Part shown: positions 53,919-64,000 of the stretch, in pieces
Layout of the letters: each line of letters begins with the position of its first letter
How positions within the stretch are numbered: the stretch's first letter is position 1
Assembly: GCA_026134085.1 (NCBI GenBank)
Contig: JAOQIN010000003.1
Coordinates: 1-64,000, forward strand
Reading direction: 5' to 3'
DNA from: Candidatus Methanoxibalbensis ujae
Lineage (GTDB): Archaea > Halobacteriota > Syntropharchaeia > Alkanophagales > Methanospirareceae
DNA: 64,000 nucleotides
The notes under the pieces: generated by a model
What the model saw: only the letters and a program-made list of their open reading frames with translations
What the model was told of the DNA's origin: nothing
Database searches by the model: none
Position numbers and translations under genes: made by a program

Positions 53919-54008
53919 TAGCGGGGGATGGATTCGAACCATCGATCTCCGGGTTTCTCCGCCTGCGCTTATGAGCCCGACGGGATATCCTGACTACCCC
54001 ACCCCGCT
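53919..54008 (-). tRNA. Initiator tRNA-Met(CAT) with a 15-nt intron at 37/38
   Basis: A1-U72 acceptor AGCGGGG/CCCCGCT; GGG/CCC anticodon stem; CTCATA^AGCGCAGGCGGAGAA^A; T-loop TTCGAAT. Confidence 0.92.
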
Positions 54009-54201
54009 GCTATGATTTTTTTATTCACACTCATTTAAATACTTTGCGCCACGCCATCGTCACATCATCACATGGCGATCAAAGGCAAAGGCAGAGCAGT
54101 TTCCGCGTTGCAGCCTCTGCTTGAAAAAGGTTTCCATATAAAAATGAATTTGGAAAAAATAGAAAGATTTAAAAGAGGCGAGCGATGGATGGTAGAGGGG
54201 G

Positions 54202-54495
54202 ATGGACGAGGAGAAGCTTATAGAGAGTGCACATGTGCTTTTCCACCCGATAAGATACAGAATTGTGAAGGTGCTGAAAGAGCGACCGATGCACATAAAC
54301 GAGATAAGCGACAGGATCGGGAAGGATCGGAGACTTGTCTCGCATCATCTGCTCACACTTGAGGAACATGGGTTCCTCGCAAGCAGATACTATGTGTCGC
54401 AGATGCCACGGTCAAAGGGAAAAGCAATACGAATCTACTGGAACACGGAGAAGGTGAAGGAAGTCATGGAAGAACTTCGTGATATGCTGTATTGA
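54202..54495 (+). CDS. ArsR-like winged-helix transcriptional regulator
   Basis: HPIRYRI..L, VSHHL..LEEHG. Confidence 0.82.
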   Translation: MDEEKLIESAHVLFHPIRYRIVKVLKERPMHINEISDRIGKDRRLVSHHLLTLEEHGFLASRYYVSQMPRSKGKAIRIYWNTEKVKEVMEELRDMLY

Positions 54496-54676
54496 CCCGC
54501 TGATGCTCTCTGCTGAGGCGAATTTCTGCAGAGTCCGTTTGAGCCGAGTGAGGAATACTCCCGCATCCCGAAGCAGCCTCTGCCAGCACATGTTGTGTCG
54601 CTCAATACCGTGCGGACAATGGAATGAATGGATGTGCCTGGCTTTATGCTCATTGAATTCATGACATTAAATTCAA

Positions 54677-56158
54677 TCATGATGTCTCATCAAGCTCAAA
54701 ATCTGTCAATGTCCGCTGTTTCCTTCGCTCTTCTTTTTTATCTTTTGGCTCCCCATCTCTCAGCTTGGGCTCTCCTCTCTCTCTTTTCTCTCTCTTTTCT
54801 TCTCTCTCCTCTCCACATTTTTCTCTCTTCTCCTCCCCTCTTTCATCACTTTTTTTCACATGCGCTTCTGCCGTCACTGTATCCGCTGCTTTTCTCATCC
54901 ATTTTTTCGCAAAAAATTTCTCCTCTTTTTCATGTTTAAAAATTTCATCAATTTTTGCAAGTATGCGCTCTGCTTTTTCTGAGTCTGTGAGGAGCATTAT
55001 CTCCTCCTTTTTCAGATTTAAATCTGCTGAGATTTCAGCTGCATGTGAGATGTCATTCTCAAAAATGATTTTGAGCAGGGGCATCAGCATGCGAGCGGAT
55101 TTTATGGATATATGAGCGTGTTCGCCTATTTTTCGTGCAAGTTCTTCTGAAAGAGTGTCTGAGCGTCGCCATGAGGGAGGGCGATATTTCTGGAATGTTG
55201 CTGCTGCGCGTTGCTCAGCCACCTCTGCGATGCAAGCCATGAGACTGCTCGCATATTTCCAGAGATGGAAATTCCCAGTTCTTCTTGTGCGACCGATGAA
55301 CTTATCTGCAAGGCGCATGCAGTGCATGCCGAGCGGATGTGCTGCGTGTGAGATGTTCTCATATATCCATCGTTCCACATCTTCAGGAGTCATGTCAAGG
55401 TTTATGAGCATGAGATAAGCATTTTCAGCACTGCATCCGTGGAATATACGGCTCATAACAGTGAATATTGTTTCTTCTCTGTCTCGCTCTGATATTGCCA
55501 TATCTTTAAGCGGTTTTTCAACTGCATAAGCATCTGAAGCGATTGAAGCAGCTGCCTGAAGGTCATTTATTGCAGATCTAAGATCGCCTTTTGCATTTTT
55601 TGCAATTAAACGCAGCACGGATTCGTCTATATTCAGATTTTCTGATTCACATATGTTGCGCAATACACTCATAACTGCATGTTCGCTCAATCTTCTGAAG
55701 CGAATGACTTTGCAATAGCGTCTCAGAGTGCTGCTTATCTTGTGTAAATCGTTTGCTATGAGCACGATCGGCTGCTCACTCCTTTTCACAATCTCGGTTA
55801 TCGCCTTTATGCCTCCTCTGTCCTCCTTTCCATGAATGTTGTCGGCTTCATCGAGGATTATCAGCCTCGTTTTGCCGCCGCCGCTCAGCGTCTCACTTTC
55901 AGCGGCATGCCCCACTATGTTTTTTATGATGTCCGCACTTCGCTTGTCAGATGCGTTGAGCTCAACGAAATCCCACCCCTTCTCAGAGGCGAGTGCGAGT
56001 GCGGCGGAAGTCTTCCCGCATCCAGGCGGTCCGTGAAGGATTGCCGCCCGGTGCTTTGGGAAAGAATCAGCCCACGCACGCAGCTCCTCCACTGCGCTTG
56101 GATTTCCGACAACCTCGCTCAAACGCCTCGGACGATACTTCTCAGCCCACGCCGTCAT
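54677..56158 (-). CDS. rfcL: Replication factor C large subunit
   Basis: WAEKYRP, GPPGCGKT, ELNASD, DEAD and GDLRSAINDLQ motifs; C-terminal PIP box QRTLTDF. Confidence 0.93.
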   Translation of the reverse strand: MTAWAEKYRPRRLSEVVGNPSAVEELRAWADSFPKHRAAILHGPPGCGKTSAALALASEKGWDFVELNASDKRSADIIKNIVGHAAESETLSGGGKTRLIILDEADNIHGKEDRGGIKAITEIVKRSEQPIVLIANDLHKISSTLRRYCKVIRFRRLSEHAVMSVLRNICESENLNIDESVLRLIAKNAKGDLRSAINDLQAAASIASDAYAVEKPLKDMAISERDREETIFTVMSRIFHGCSAENAYLMLINLDMTPEDVERWIYENISHAAHPLGMHCMRLADKFIGRTRRTGNFHLWKYASSLMACIAEVAEQRAAATFQKYRPPSWRRSDTLSEELARKIGEHAHISIKSARMLMPLLKIIFENDISHAAEISADLNLKKEEIMLLTDSEKAERILAKIDEIFKHEKEEKFFAKKWMRKAADTVTAEAHVKKSDERGEEKREKCGEEREEKREKRERGEPKLRDGEPKDKKEERRKQRTLTDFELDETS

Positions 56159-56244
56159 TTCGATCTTTCATGTTTCCCGTCTGTTTTCCGGCTCATATTT
56201 CCAGCTCATATCAAACATTAACAGTTCATGTTATGTTAGTAACG

Positions 56245-57378
56245 ATGCGACTGCTTGCAACAGGCTATTCCGTGCGACAGATGGCATGCTCAGGCGCGAG
56301 GGCATCACATGAGATCATCGCTGCCGATGCATTCGGCGATATTGACACAAGAGAATGCTCATATGCATTCACAAAACTGAACTTTCCACTGAATGAAAGG
56401 GAAATAAAACATATTGAGATGATTTCCGAAAATGTTGATGGTATAATTGTGGGTTCAGGGTGCGAAACTGCAAAATTAAGTGAGAAAATTGAGAAGAAAA
56501 TCATAGGTAATCCACCTGATATCATGAAAGAGGCTGCAAATAAGGAGAAACTGTCAGAATATCTGGATGATCTCGGAATACCACACCCGCGAACATACAC
56601 CAAAAGCGACATTTCATCTTCAGCACGGATGAGGTTTCCACTGGTTGCGAAGCCCATATATGGTGGCGGCGGCACATCAAACATCCTGTGCAGGAACGAG
56701 CTGGAGCTGAGGCATGCACTGAAACATAAGAACATCATATTTCAGGAGTTCGTGAAGGGGATGCCAGCAAGCGTATCTGTCATCTCAACAGGCAAAAAGG
56801 CAATTTCTATATGTGTTAATGAGCAATTAATCGGGCTGAAATCGCTGAATTGCACACATCAGTTCGTGTATTGCGGAAATATATCTCCATTAAAGACGAA
56901 ATTTGAGAGAGAGATGTGTGATATTGCGGAGATAATTGTTCTTGAACTTGGATTGATTGGTTCCAATGGTGTTGATTTCATAATTACGGATGATGGATTT
57001 TTTGTTATAGAGGTGAATCCGAGATTTCAGGGCTCTCTGGACACTGTTGAGCTATGCACGGGACTGAATGTTGTGGATGCGCATTTGAAAGCGTGTGGCG
57101 GCGAGCTGATTGAGGGGAATATCAAACTGCGCTCGGTGGATTGTCATGATCTTCATTATGCTGCGAGACTTATAATTTTCGCCGAGCGAAACTGCATTGT
57201 GGCAAAGCAAATGAAGAAAAAATATGATTGCAAATTCATTGCTGATATTCCGCCGAGGGGTCGTGTGTTGAGGAGAGGTGAGCCTCTGGCATCCGGGATA
57301 GGAGTTGGTAACAGCAGAGAAGATGCTTTTGAGGCTGCAATGGATGCCGTTAAAAGTGTTAAGCGGTGTGTGATATGA
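56245..57378 (+). CDS. ATP-grasp domain carboligase (COG2232-like)
   Basis: DAFGD.D, KP..GGG, QEFV.G, YCGNI and EVNPRFQG motifs. Confidence 0.82.
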   Translation: MRLLATGYSVRQMACSGARASHEIIAADAFGDIDTRECSYAFTKLNFPLNEREIKHIEMISENVDGIIVGSGCETAKLSEKIEKKIIGNPPDIMKEAANKEKLSEYLDDLGIPHPRTYTKSDISSSARMRFPLVAKPIYGGGGTSNILCRNELELRHALKHKNIIFQEFVKGMPASVSVISTGKKAISICVNEQLIGLKSLNCTHQFVYCGNISPLKTKFEREMCDIAEIIVLELGLIGSNGVDFIITDDGFFVIEVNPRFQGSLDTVELCTGLNVVDAHLKACGGELIEGNIKLRSVDCHDLHYAARLIIFAERNCIVAKQMKKKYDCKFIADIPPRGRVLRRGEPLASGIGVGNSREDAFEAAMDAVKSVKRCVI

Positions 57379-58223
57379 TGTGCTCCCTCCTGCAGATCGC
57401 ACCTACAATCGCGAAGATGTTCGCGATACCGCTGAGCTCTGATGCCGAACCTCTGAACGAGGTGCTGCAGCTTCAAAATCAAAATCAAATTCAAATTCAA
57501 AATCAAAATCAAAATAAAAACAACAGTGATTTTCGCGTTGTTTTGATAGTCATTGACAGCTTTGATTGCAACATATTTAGATCATTTGCATCAGATTTCC
57601 CTGAGATCAACGCACTTGTTGATAGGGGCATACTCCTCCCATGTGATACCGTGAGCACGCACACAACACCTGCAATAGCATCAATCCTCACAGGTCTACC
57701 ACCAGAATCACACGGAATTACAACAGAAAATGATGTTGGGAAATCAAATATTGATTCAATACTTGAGATTATTGATGCTTACGGCTTCAAAACTGCAGCA
57801 ATTTTGGAGGAAAAAGGTGCCGAACCTCTGAAAAACAGGATAAGCCTTGTTTTTCCGGTCAGAGACAGGGAGGACATCATGAGCTATGACAGTGAAGTTG
57901 CGAGAGATGTTATCAGTGCGCTGAGTGATGGTGCTGTGATGATATTTGCACATCTCCGCACGATTGACAGATTTGCACATCGTGCATATGACATGCATGT
58001 TGCTGCGAGGTTCACGGATGCAATTGTCGGCCATATCGTGCGTGCTATCAGAACGACAGACGCAGAGACAATTTTGATCATGTGCGGAGACCATGAGGCA
58101 CACACGCAGAATGAAACGCCAGATGAGGAAGCCCGGGTGCCACTGATCGCAGTGCCGCTCAACACTCAGCTATCAAGCGCAGCGATAAGCATAAGCGATA
58201 AGCTGATGGAGAATCATGACTGA
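57366..58223 (+). CDS. Alkaline phosphatase superfamily protein with a QN-repeat insert
   Basis: VIDS, T.PAIASILTG..P..HG, D..AH and GDH motifs. Confidence 0.75.
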   Translation: MCDMMCSLLQIAPTIAKMFAIPLSSDAEPLNEVLQLQNQNQIQIQNQNQNKNNSDFRVVLIVIDSFDCNIFRSFASDFPEINALVDRGILLPCDTVSTHTTPAIASILTGLPPESHGITTENDVGKSNIDSILEIIDAYGFKTAAILEEKGAEPLKNRISLVFPVRDREDIMSYDSEVARDVISALSDGAVMIFAHLRTIDRFAHRAYDMHVAARFTDAIVGHIVRAIRTTDAETILIMCGDHEAHTQNETPDEEARVPLIAVPLNTQLSSAAISISDKLMENHD

Positions 58224-58278
58224 AAAATGAAAAAACAGAAAGAGTGAAAAAGAATAAAACATAATAATTTTAAAAAGG

Positions 58279-59340
58279 GTGGAGGATCCATCAGATATGC
58301 TGAAAATTGTTTCAGAGCGTAATACGGGAGTGAAAGAAGTAAGGAACAGCAAAACATTTGATATAGTGCGGCGTATGGGGGTGATAACAGCCGACAAAGT
58401 GCGTTTGAAGAGGCATCCAGTGAGCAAACCTGTTACTATTTTCAATCCAGCACTCATGATAGAGGGTGATAAAGCCTCGATATACGGGCGAATAATTCTC
58501 GGTTATTTCACATATGCGAGTGCTGTTGCGGAGATAACTGTTTCGGTGGACGATATACTCTCAGAAACAATATCTGAGAGATATCTGACAGCCGAGATAA
58601 AGCTGATACCCGACAACAGGTTTGACATATGGGGTGTTGAGGACCCCAGGGTCAGCGAGGTTGATGGAAATCTGTTCATGACATACTGCGGGCGCACAGT
58701 AAACTATTTTGACGCATCAAAGCGGGCGAACAGGACATTTCCGATAGCAGCAATACGTGAAAACGGAATATGGAGGAAGACATGCGTTTTCCGTCTTCCA
58801 GTTGAGTTCAGAGACTTTCTTGTGAGCGATAAAGATGCGTTTATATGCAGGGTTGGCGATCGTATAAGGCTTTTCCACCGTCCGCACATGATGGATGAGC
58901 GGTTTTATCTCGCGGCAAGCGAGGTTTCTGATGATGCGCTGCATATGAGAGATCTCACAGAGGTCTCAGTGAGCAACACACACCTCATATGCGAGCGTGC
59001 GAAATTTGAGGAGCGAATAGGATGGGGAACTCCTCCAATAAAAGTGGCGAAGGATGAATATCTTCTGCTGCTACATGGTATAAGCATGGAAATATATCGC
59101 GTGTTCGCTGTTCTGATGAATGAAAATCTGGAAATAACAGCAGTGTCTCCACACTACATAATGGAACCGCGGGAGAACTACGAGGTATATGGAGACAGAC
59201 CGTTTGTTGTATTTCCATGCGGCGCTCAGGTAGTTGACGACGAAATAATCATATCATATGGAGCTGCTGATTCAGCAATAGGATTTGGTGTCATAGATCT
59301 GAGTGAGCTGCTGTCAATCCTCGACTCAAACAGGATATAG
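58279..59340 (+). CDS. GH130-like glycosidase/phosphorylase (5-bladed beta-propeller)
   Basis: FNP, GVEDPR, KDA, HRP, VVFPCG and YGAAD motifs. Confidence 0.85.
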   Translation: MEDPSDMLKIVSERNTGVKEVRNSKTFDIVRRMGVITADKVRLKRHPVSKPVTIFNPALMIEGDKASIYGRIILGYFTYASAVAEITVSVDDILSETISERYLTAEIKLIPDNRFDIWGVEDPRVSEVDGNLFMTYCGRTVNYFDASKRANRTFPIAAIRENGIWRKTCVFRLPVEFRDFLVSDKDAFICRVGDRIRLFHRPHMMDERFYLAASEVSDDALHMRDLTEVSVSNTHLICERAKFEERIGWGTPPIKVAKDEYLLLLHGISMEIYRVFAVLMNENLEITAVSPHYIMEPRENYEVYGDRPFVVFPCGAQVVDDEIIISYGAADSAIGFGVIDLSELLSILDSNRI

Positions 59341-59347
59341 GCGTGAG

Positions 59348-60487
59348 TCAGTGATGTTGCTGTTCTTCACTGTCAAATGCTCGCAGAAGCTCTTTCTGCC
59401 GTCTGCTGAGTTTTTTGGGCACGCGCATCTTGAGCTTCACAAGCATGTCGCCGCGATGTCTGGGGTTTTTTATTGAGGGCATGCCCTTTCTTTTCACCCT
59501 TATCACAGAATCAGGGTCTGTTCCGGGGGGAATCTTCACATGCACATGATCTCCATCTATTGTTCTGACTCTTATCTCGTCGCCGAGTGCGAGCTGAGCG
59601 AATCTCACGGGCACTTCACAGATGAGGTCGTCGCCTATACGCTTGAAATGCGGATCCTCTCTCACCTTGACAACTACGAAAAGATCGCCGGGAGGTCCAC
59701 CTGAAGTTCCTGCGGCTCCCTCTCCCGCAATTTTCAGATGCATACCATCCATAACTCCAGCTGGAATGTGAATGCGAATGCGCTTCCTCCTCTCACGGCG
59801 ACCGCTGCCACCGCACACATCACATCGTCTCTCAACTATATTTCCGCTGCCACGACAGTTCGGGCATTGGGTGATTGAGATGAAATGTGAGAATCCGTAA
59901 TGCTGTTCCCTCCGGAGCTGACCTGTGCCGCCGCATGTGGGGCATGTGCGCAATCCTCCGGGAGCAGCGCCTGATCCTCCGCAAACATCGCATACCTCCT
60001 CCTTCAACACTTCTATGTCCCTCTCAACGCCTCTCGCAGCCTCTTCAAGGCTTATCTCCACCTCACAATACACATCTGCTCCCTTCCTCGCAGCCTCCCC
60101 TCTCTCCCGCTCACGCCATCTTATAAAATCCTCAAACAGCGAGCCTCTGCCAAATCCAAAATCAAATCCGAAATCCCTGAAAAAATCGCCGAATATGTCT
60201 TCAATGTCGCTGAACCTCGTGAACTTTGACCAGTCAAATCCCCCAGGACCGAAATCCACGGCTTCATGTCCATATCTGTCGTAGGCAGCACGCTTCTCAG
60301 GATCAGAAAGCACCTCATACGCCTCAGAAATCTCCTTGAACTTCTCCTCTGCCTCCTTTGGATTGTCCTTGTTCAGATCAGGATGATACTTCTTCGCAAG
60401 TCTTCTGAACGCTCGCTTTATCTCCTCCTGCGATGCATCCCTGCTCACACCAAGAATCTCATAGTAATCCTTCTTCCTGCTGCTCAA
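59348..60487 (-). CDS. dnaJ: Chaperone DnaJ
   Basis: J-domain HPD, G/F region, four CXXCXGXG repeats. Confidence 0.96.
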   Translation of the reverse strand: MSSRKKDYYEILGVSRDASQEEIKRAFRRLAKKYHPDLNKDNPKEAEEKFKEISEAYEVLSDPEKRAAYDRYGHEAVDFGPGGFDWSKFTRFSDIEDIFGDFFRDFGFDFGFGRGSLFEDFIRWRERERGEAARKGADVYCEVEISLEEAARGVERDIEVLKEEVCDVCGGSGAAPGGLRTCPTCGGTGQLRREQHYGFSHFISITQCPNCRGSGNIVERRCDVCGGSGRRERRKRIRIHIPAGVMDGMHLKIAGEGAAGTSGGPPGDLFVVVKVREDPHFKRIGDDLICEVPVRFAQLALGDEIRVRTIDGDHVHVKIPPGTDPDSVIRVKRKGMPSIKNPRHRGDMLVKLKMRVPKKLSRRQKELLRAFDSEEQQHH

Positions 60488-60638
60488 CTCCTCTCGCCCC
60501 TATCCTCCCTCTATTTGATCATATTTTCCACCTTTCCACCTGACATTTTCCGCGGCTCTCTCCGCTGACATATAAACTTCAATTTCAAATTTCAAATAAA
60601 TTTCCCGCTGGCTTCATCACGCCATTGGCATGAGATGG

Positions 60639-61214
60639 TTAAGAATTATGTCTGTGAGACAAATCATGCGCATTTTCTTTGCTTTCTGCATTGCTCACAA
60701 TTACTTTTATCTTTTTCTTCAGAACAGGAACGAGCTTTTTTACGACAAGTTCACCATCTCTCTCAATCCTGTATTTGTTCACCGGCACATCAGGAACGTC
60801 GCCGTTCACCTCATATATGTAAAATCCATTTTCGCCGTTTATAGAAACAATGAACTCCTTCTCATCTATTTTCCTCACACCAATCCCCGAAACTTCTTTC
60901 AGAACATCCAAGACACTCTTTCCCTTCTCCACTTTTACCTCGTAATCTTCGCCAAACACATCCAGAATCTCATATAATCTGTCTTTATTGATGCTTAACA
61001 CTCTCGTCCTTCCGAATTCTTCGGATACAACGAGTCCTGCATCTTCCAATATACGCACATGTTTGGCTGCTACAGGCACTGAGATACCTATTTCCTGAGC
61101 AAGCCCCGTGATGTGATATTTGCGGTGCATCAGCAGCTTTAGCATCTCCATTCTCGTCTTGCTGCTGATCGCCTTGAACATCTCTATATTCATATCGCTC
61201 ACATTTCTTTCCAT
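60639..61214 (-). CDS. ArsR-type HTH regulator fused to a DUF4430-like beta-grasp domain
   Basis: N-terminal HTH (TRMEML..H...LEDAGL); C-terminal SVLDVL..FIVSING..YIYEVNG. Confidence 0.7.
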   Translation of the reverse strand: MERNVSDMNIEMFKAISSKTRMEMLKLLMHRKYHITGLAQEIGISVPVAAKHVRILEDAGLVVSEEFGRTRVLSINKDRLYEILDVFGEDYEVKVEKGKSVLDVLKEVSGIGVRKIDEKEFIVSINGENGFYIYEVNGDVPDVPVNKYRIERDGELVVKKLVPVLKKKIKVIVSNAESKENAHDLSHRHNS

Positions 61215-62146
61215 AACTTGTGTAAGTTATCTGCCAATTGTCTTATATAACTTTGGCGTTCAAGATCTGTGAGCCAGTAATCCGGAATTTCAGAAACGGT
61301 GTGGAATGCTCCGCTTATCGCGCCTGTCATCGCAGCGATCGTGTCCGTGTCGCCGCCGACGCTTATCGCAAATTTTATGCTCTCCACGAAATTTTCTGTG
61401 TGGAGGAAGGAAAATATGGCTGTGGGAACTGAGTTCAGCGCTTCTATTCCGTTCCCGAGCTCACTGATGACGCGCTTCCTGACTTCATCATCATGTCTCT
61501 CCATGCGCAGGATCTCCTCAATTCTGCTCAGTTTTTCCATGTATGAGGAGGAGATGGGCGCTTCCTTCAACGCACGCAGCATCTTGAGCCTCTCACCGCC
61601 TGTATCGCTTCTCACAGCGAGTGCGACCGCATATGCCTGAAGCGCGGCACCTTCCTTCGCGAGTTGATGTGCATGTGTTATGAGGCTTGATTCATATGAG
61701 ACCTCCACAAGCTTGTTCACATCGTCGTGATAAAGCAGGCCAACAGGCACAACACGCATCGCCGCACCGTTTCCGTATGAGCCCTCACCGCCGAAAAGCG
61801 AGAGAGATGCCTCCCTCCACCTCTGACATCCGATGCGACGGAGAATTCTGAAGACTTCCTCAGTCCCCGGGCCGTATCCCCTGCTCCCATCGTAGTTTCG
61901 CAAAAACTGCATCGCCATGTGCTCACCGTTGAATCCTCTGCACGCGATGAGCGACTCCGCAACCCCTATCATCATTTCAGTATCGTCTGTGTATCTGCCA
62001 GAAACCATTTTCCATCCTCTTTCATCATATAAACGTGCTGCACGCTCGCCGCTGAATCCCTCAACAGGCGCCCCTATCGCATCGCCAACCGCAGCACCAA
62101 GCATCGCACCTTCAAACTTCCTCAGCAGAATTTCATCGCCTGTCAT
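61199..62146 (-). CDS. ADP-ribosylglycohydrolase family protein
   Basis: GDAIG, YTDDT, GNGAAMR, TH and GGDTDT motifs. Confidence 0.93.
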   Translation of the reverse strand: MTGDEILLRKFEGAMLGAAVGDAIGAPVEGFSGERAARLYDERGWKMVSGRYTDDTEMMIGVAESLIACRGFNGEHMAMQFLRNYDGSRGYGPGTEEVFRILRRIGCQRWREASLSLFGGEGSYGNGAAMRVVPVGLLYHDDVNKLVEVSYESSLITHAHQLAKEGAALQAYAVALAVRSDTGGERLKMLRALKEAPISSSYMEKLSRIEEILRMERHDDEVRKRVISELGNGIEALNSVPTAIFSFLHTENFVESIKFAISVGGDTDTIAAMTGAISGAFHTVSEIPDYWLTDLERQSYIRQLADNLHKLWKEM

Positions 62147-62235
62147 TATGCTCTGTTATGAACGAACAGTGAAATAGTGATAGTGAAATAGTGAAATAAC
62201 GAAATAACGAAATAGCAAAATAAATAGCGAATTCC

Positions 62236-63006
62236 ATGCTTTTTTATCAAAAAAACCGCTTTTCAGATATGGCACGCAGGATACCGAGATTGATGTTGGG
62301 CACCTCGCCCTTCATAGGGGCTGCGCAGTTTGGCAGGAGAGCACATGAATATCGCATGAGATTTTTCCATAACGAAGAAAACATGGTGGAAATTTTTGTG
62401 AAATCAGCAGAATATGGTGTGAAGGCTGTGCAGTTGATTGTTTATGAGCCTCTTGTCAATGCCCTGAAAAGGGCTGAAATGGATACGGGCGATGATTTTT
62501 TTGTTGTTGCAACAGTGACAGGCAGCAGATTTGAGCATGATTTGAGTGTTTTGGAGGACATCAATCCCGAAATTATCGCAGTTCATGCGCTTTTCTGCGA
62601 TTCACTTGACGAGCGGATAGGGGGATGGACCGCGAAAATAAGAGATGTTGGAGCAATTCCAGCTGCGGCAACACATATTCCTGGAGACACGATACCCGAA
62701 ATGGACAGAGCAGGGTATGATGTTGAGTTCTACCTCGCACCGCTGAACCCTGTGGGGTATGCGATGCTTCCTGACTTTGAAAGTGCGATAAGAGCTATTA
62801 AAATGACTGATAAGGGAATAATAGCGATAAAGCCGCTCGCAGCCGGAAATATCAGGCCGGATCGTGAGGTGTTTTCCTTCATATTCAAATATGCGGATGC
62901 TGTGAGTGTGGGCGTAACATCAGATGGCGAGATGAGGGAGACATTTTCGGCTGCCCGCGCCGCAGAGGCGAAAGACGAGCGCAACTGGAGGGTGACTGAG
63001 ATATGA
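62236..63006 (+). CDS. Aldo/keto-reductase-like TIM-barrel protein
   Basis: LGTSPF, PLN..GY, IAIKPLAAG and VGV motifs. Confidence 0.65.
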   Translation: MLFYQKNRFSDMARRIPRLMLGTSPFIGAAQFGRRAHEYRMRFFHNEENMVEIFVKSAEYGVKAVQLIVYEPLVNALKRAEMDTGDDFFVVATVTGSRFEHDLSVLEDINPEIIAVHALFCDSLDERIGGWTAKIRDVGAIPAAATHIPGDTIPEMDRAGYDVEFYLAPLNPVGYAMLPDFESAIRAIKMTDKGIIAIKPLAAGNIRPDREVFSFIFKYADAVSVGVTSDGEMRETFSAARAAEAKDERNWRVTEI

Positions 63007-64000
63007 GAGGAGTGCGTGAGTGTCTCAAGCATGTCACGGAATACAAGCCTGGCAAAACTGTGAAGGGTGCGATAAAGCTGAGTTCAAATGAGAACCCGCT
63101 TGGAACGAGCAGGGAAGTTGTCAGTGCGCTTTCTGAGATGCTGAGATATGAGATAGACCTCAGCAGATATCCCTGGTATGAGCGGGAGGATGTTCTGCGT
63201 GAGGAGATTGCTGCATATCTGCATCGCTTTCATCATGTGCGCATTCCGAAGGAGAACATAGTCATAGGTGCAGGCTCGGACGGCATTCTTGACACACTCA
63301 CCAGAATTTTCATGGAGGTGAACACAAACGCTGTCATACCGATACCGACATTCTCGCTTTATGAGTCTCTCGTTCTCCTCTCAGGAGGATATCCCGTATT
63401 CGTGTCTCGCATAAAAGGGGACAATTCTTTCCGAATTTCCGCTGAATCTCTCATAAGCGCAAGCGATGAGCGCACGAAGATGCTTTTCCTATGCTCGCCA
63501 AACAACCCCACCGGGGATTCTGTCGGGAAGAAAGATATGATGAGCATTGTTGAACAGTTTGACGGCATTATCATCATAGATGAGGCTTATGCTGAGTTTG
63601 CATATCATTCTTTCATTGATATGCCGCTGAAATATGAGAACATTGTTGTGACTCGCACATTTTCAAAGGCTTTTGCGCTTGCAGGACTTCGCATAGGCTA
63701 TGCAGTTCTTCCTGACTGGCTTGTGAGCACATTTAAAAAGACGTCTCTCCCATTCAGCGTGAACAGTGTTGCGATAGAAGCAGCTATAATCGCACTTCAT
63801 GATTATGAGCATCTGCGCATGAGCATAGAGCATGTGAGGCGTGAGAGAGAGTTTCTGAAAGCGGGACTGAGTGAGCTCCTCAATGTTTATGACTCGGATG
63901 CGAACTTCCTGCCTGTTGATGTGTCGCCAATGAAATCAGCATTCGTCTGCGATGAACTTCTGAGCCGCGGAATAATCGTGAGAGACTGCTCATCATTCAG
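63003..64000 (+). CDS. hisC: Histidinol-phosphate aminotransferase (runs off the window)
   Basis: Own translation: KLSSNENP, GAGSD, CSPNNPTG, DEAY and RTFSKAFALAGLRIGY. Confidence 0.9.
   Translation, partial: MRGVRECLKHVTEYKPGKTVKGAIKLSSNENPLGTSREVVSALSEMLRYEIDLSRYPWYEREDVLREEIAAYLHRFHHVRIPKENIVIGAGSDGILDTLTRIFMEVNTNAVIPIPTFSLYESLVLLSGGYPVFVSRIKGDNSFRISAESLISASDERTKMLFLCSPNNPTGDSVGKKDMMSIVEQFDGIIIIDEAYAEFAYHSFIDMPLKYENIVVTRTFSKAFALAGLRIGYAVLPDWLVSTFKKTSLPFSVNSVAIEAAIIALHDYEHLRMSIEHVRREREFLKAGLSELLNVYDSDANFLPVDVSPMKSAFVCDELLSRGIIVRDCSSF

Noticed and set aside
55993..56244. N-terminal extension of the ATP-grasp ORF
   Set aside because: Overlaps rfcL on the opposite strand; the family-like sequence begins at ATG 56245.
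59348..60487. dnaJ without adjacent dnaK/grpE as a novelty
   Set aside because: Split chaperone loci are common and the rest of the genome is not visible.

Overview
Archaeal chromosome segment, most likely from a Methanomicrobia/Syntrophoarchaeia-type lineage (ANME-1/Alkanophagales-like; this is an inference from gene content and hydrogenase type). The flanks (about 1-23.6 kb and 47.9-64 kb) carry core genes. These include ubiX, ipk, nadM, dph2, aroA'/aroB', endA, amzA, Sm, rpl37e, tatD, a hypCDF/protease/[NiFe]-hydrogenase cluster, rnp4, srp54, ruvC, nadA, rfcL, dnaJ and hisC, plus tRNA-Arg, tRNA-Ser and an intron-containing initiator tRNA-Met. Between about 23.7 and 46.6 kb lies an AT-rich island of roughly 30 intact or decayed accessory genes, almost all on the minus strand. 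About 16 intact or eroded palindromic sites of the form NNNNAAC...GTTNNNN punctuate it. The two ends of individual gene units are complementary to each other rather than to the neighbouring unit, which is the hallmark of integron-like gene cassettes. The sites are non-canonical: the spacer is asymmetric, there is a conserved GAAGT..ATTTG branch, and outer arms pair only in a circular cassette. No integrase is present in the window. Cargo includes a complete TaqI-like restriction-modification system, two MNT-HEPN toxin-antitoxin pairs, several intramembrane proteases and DNA-repair genes. All assignments were made by eye, without database searches.
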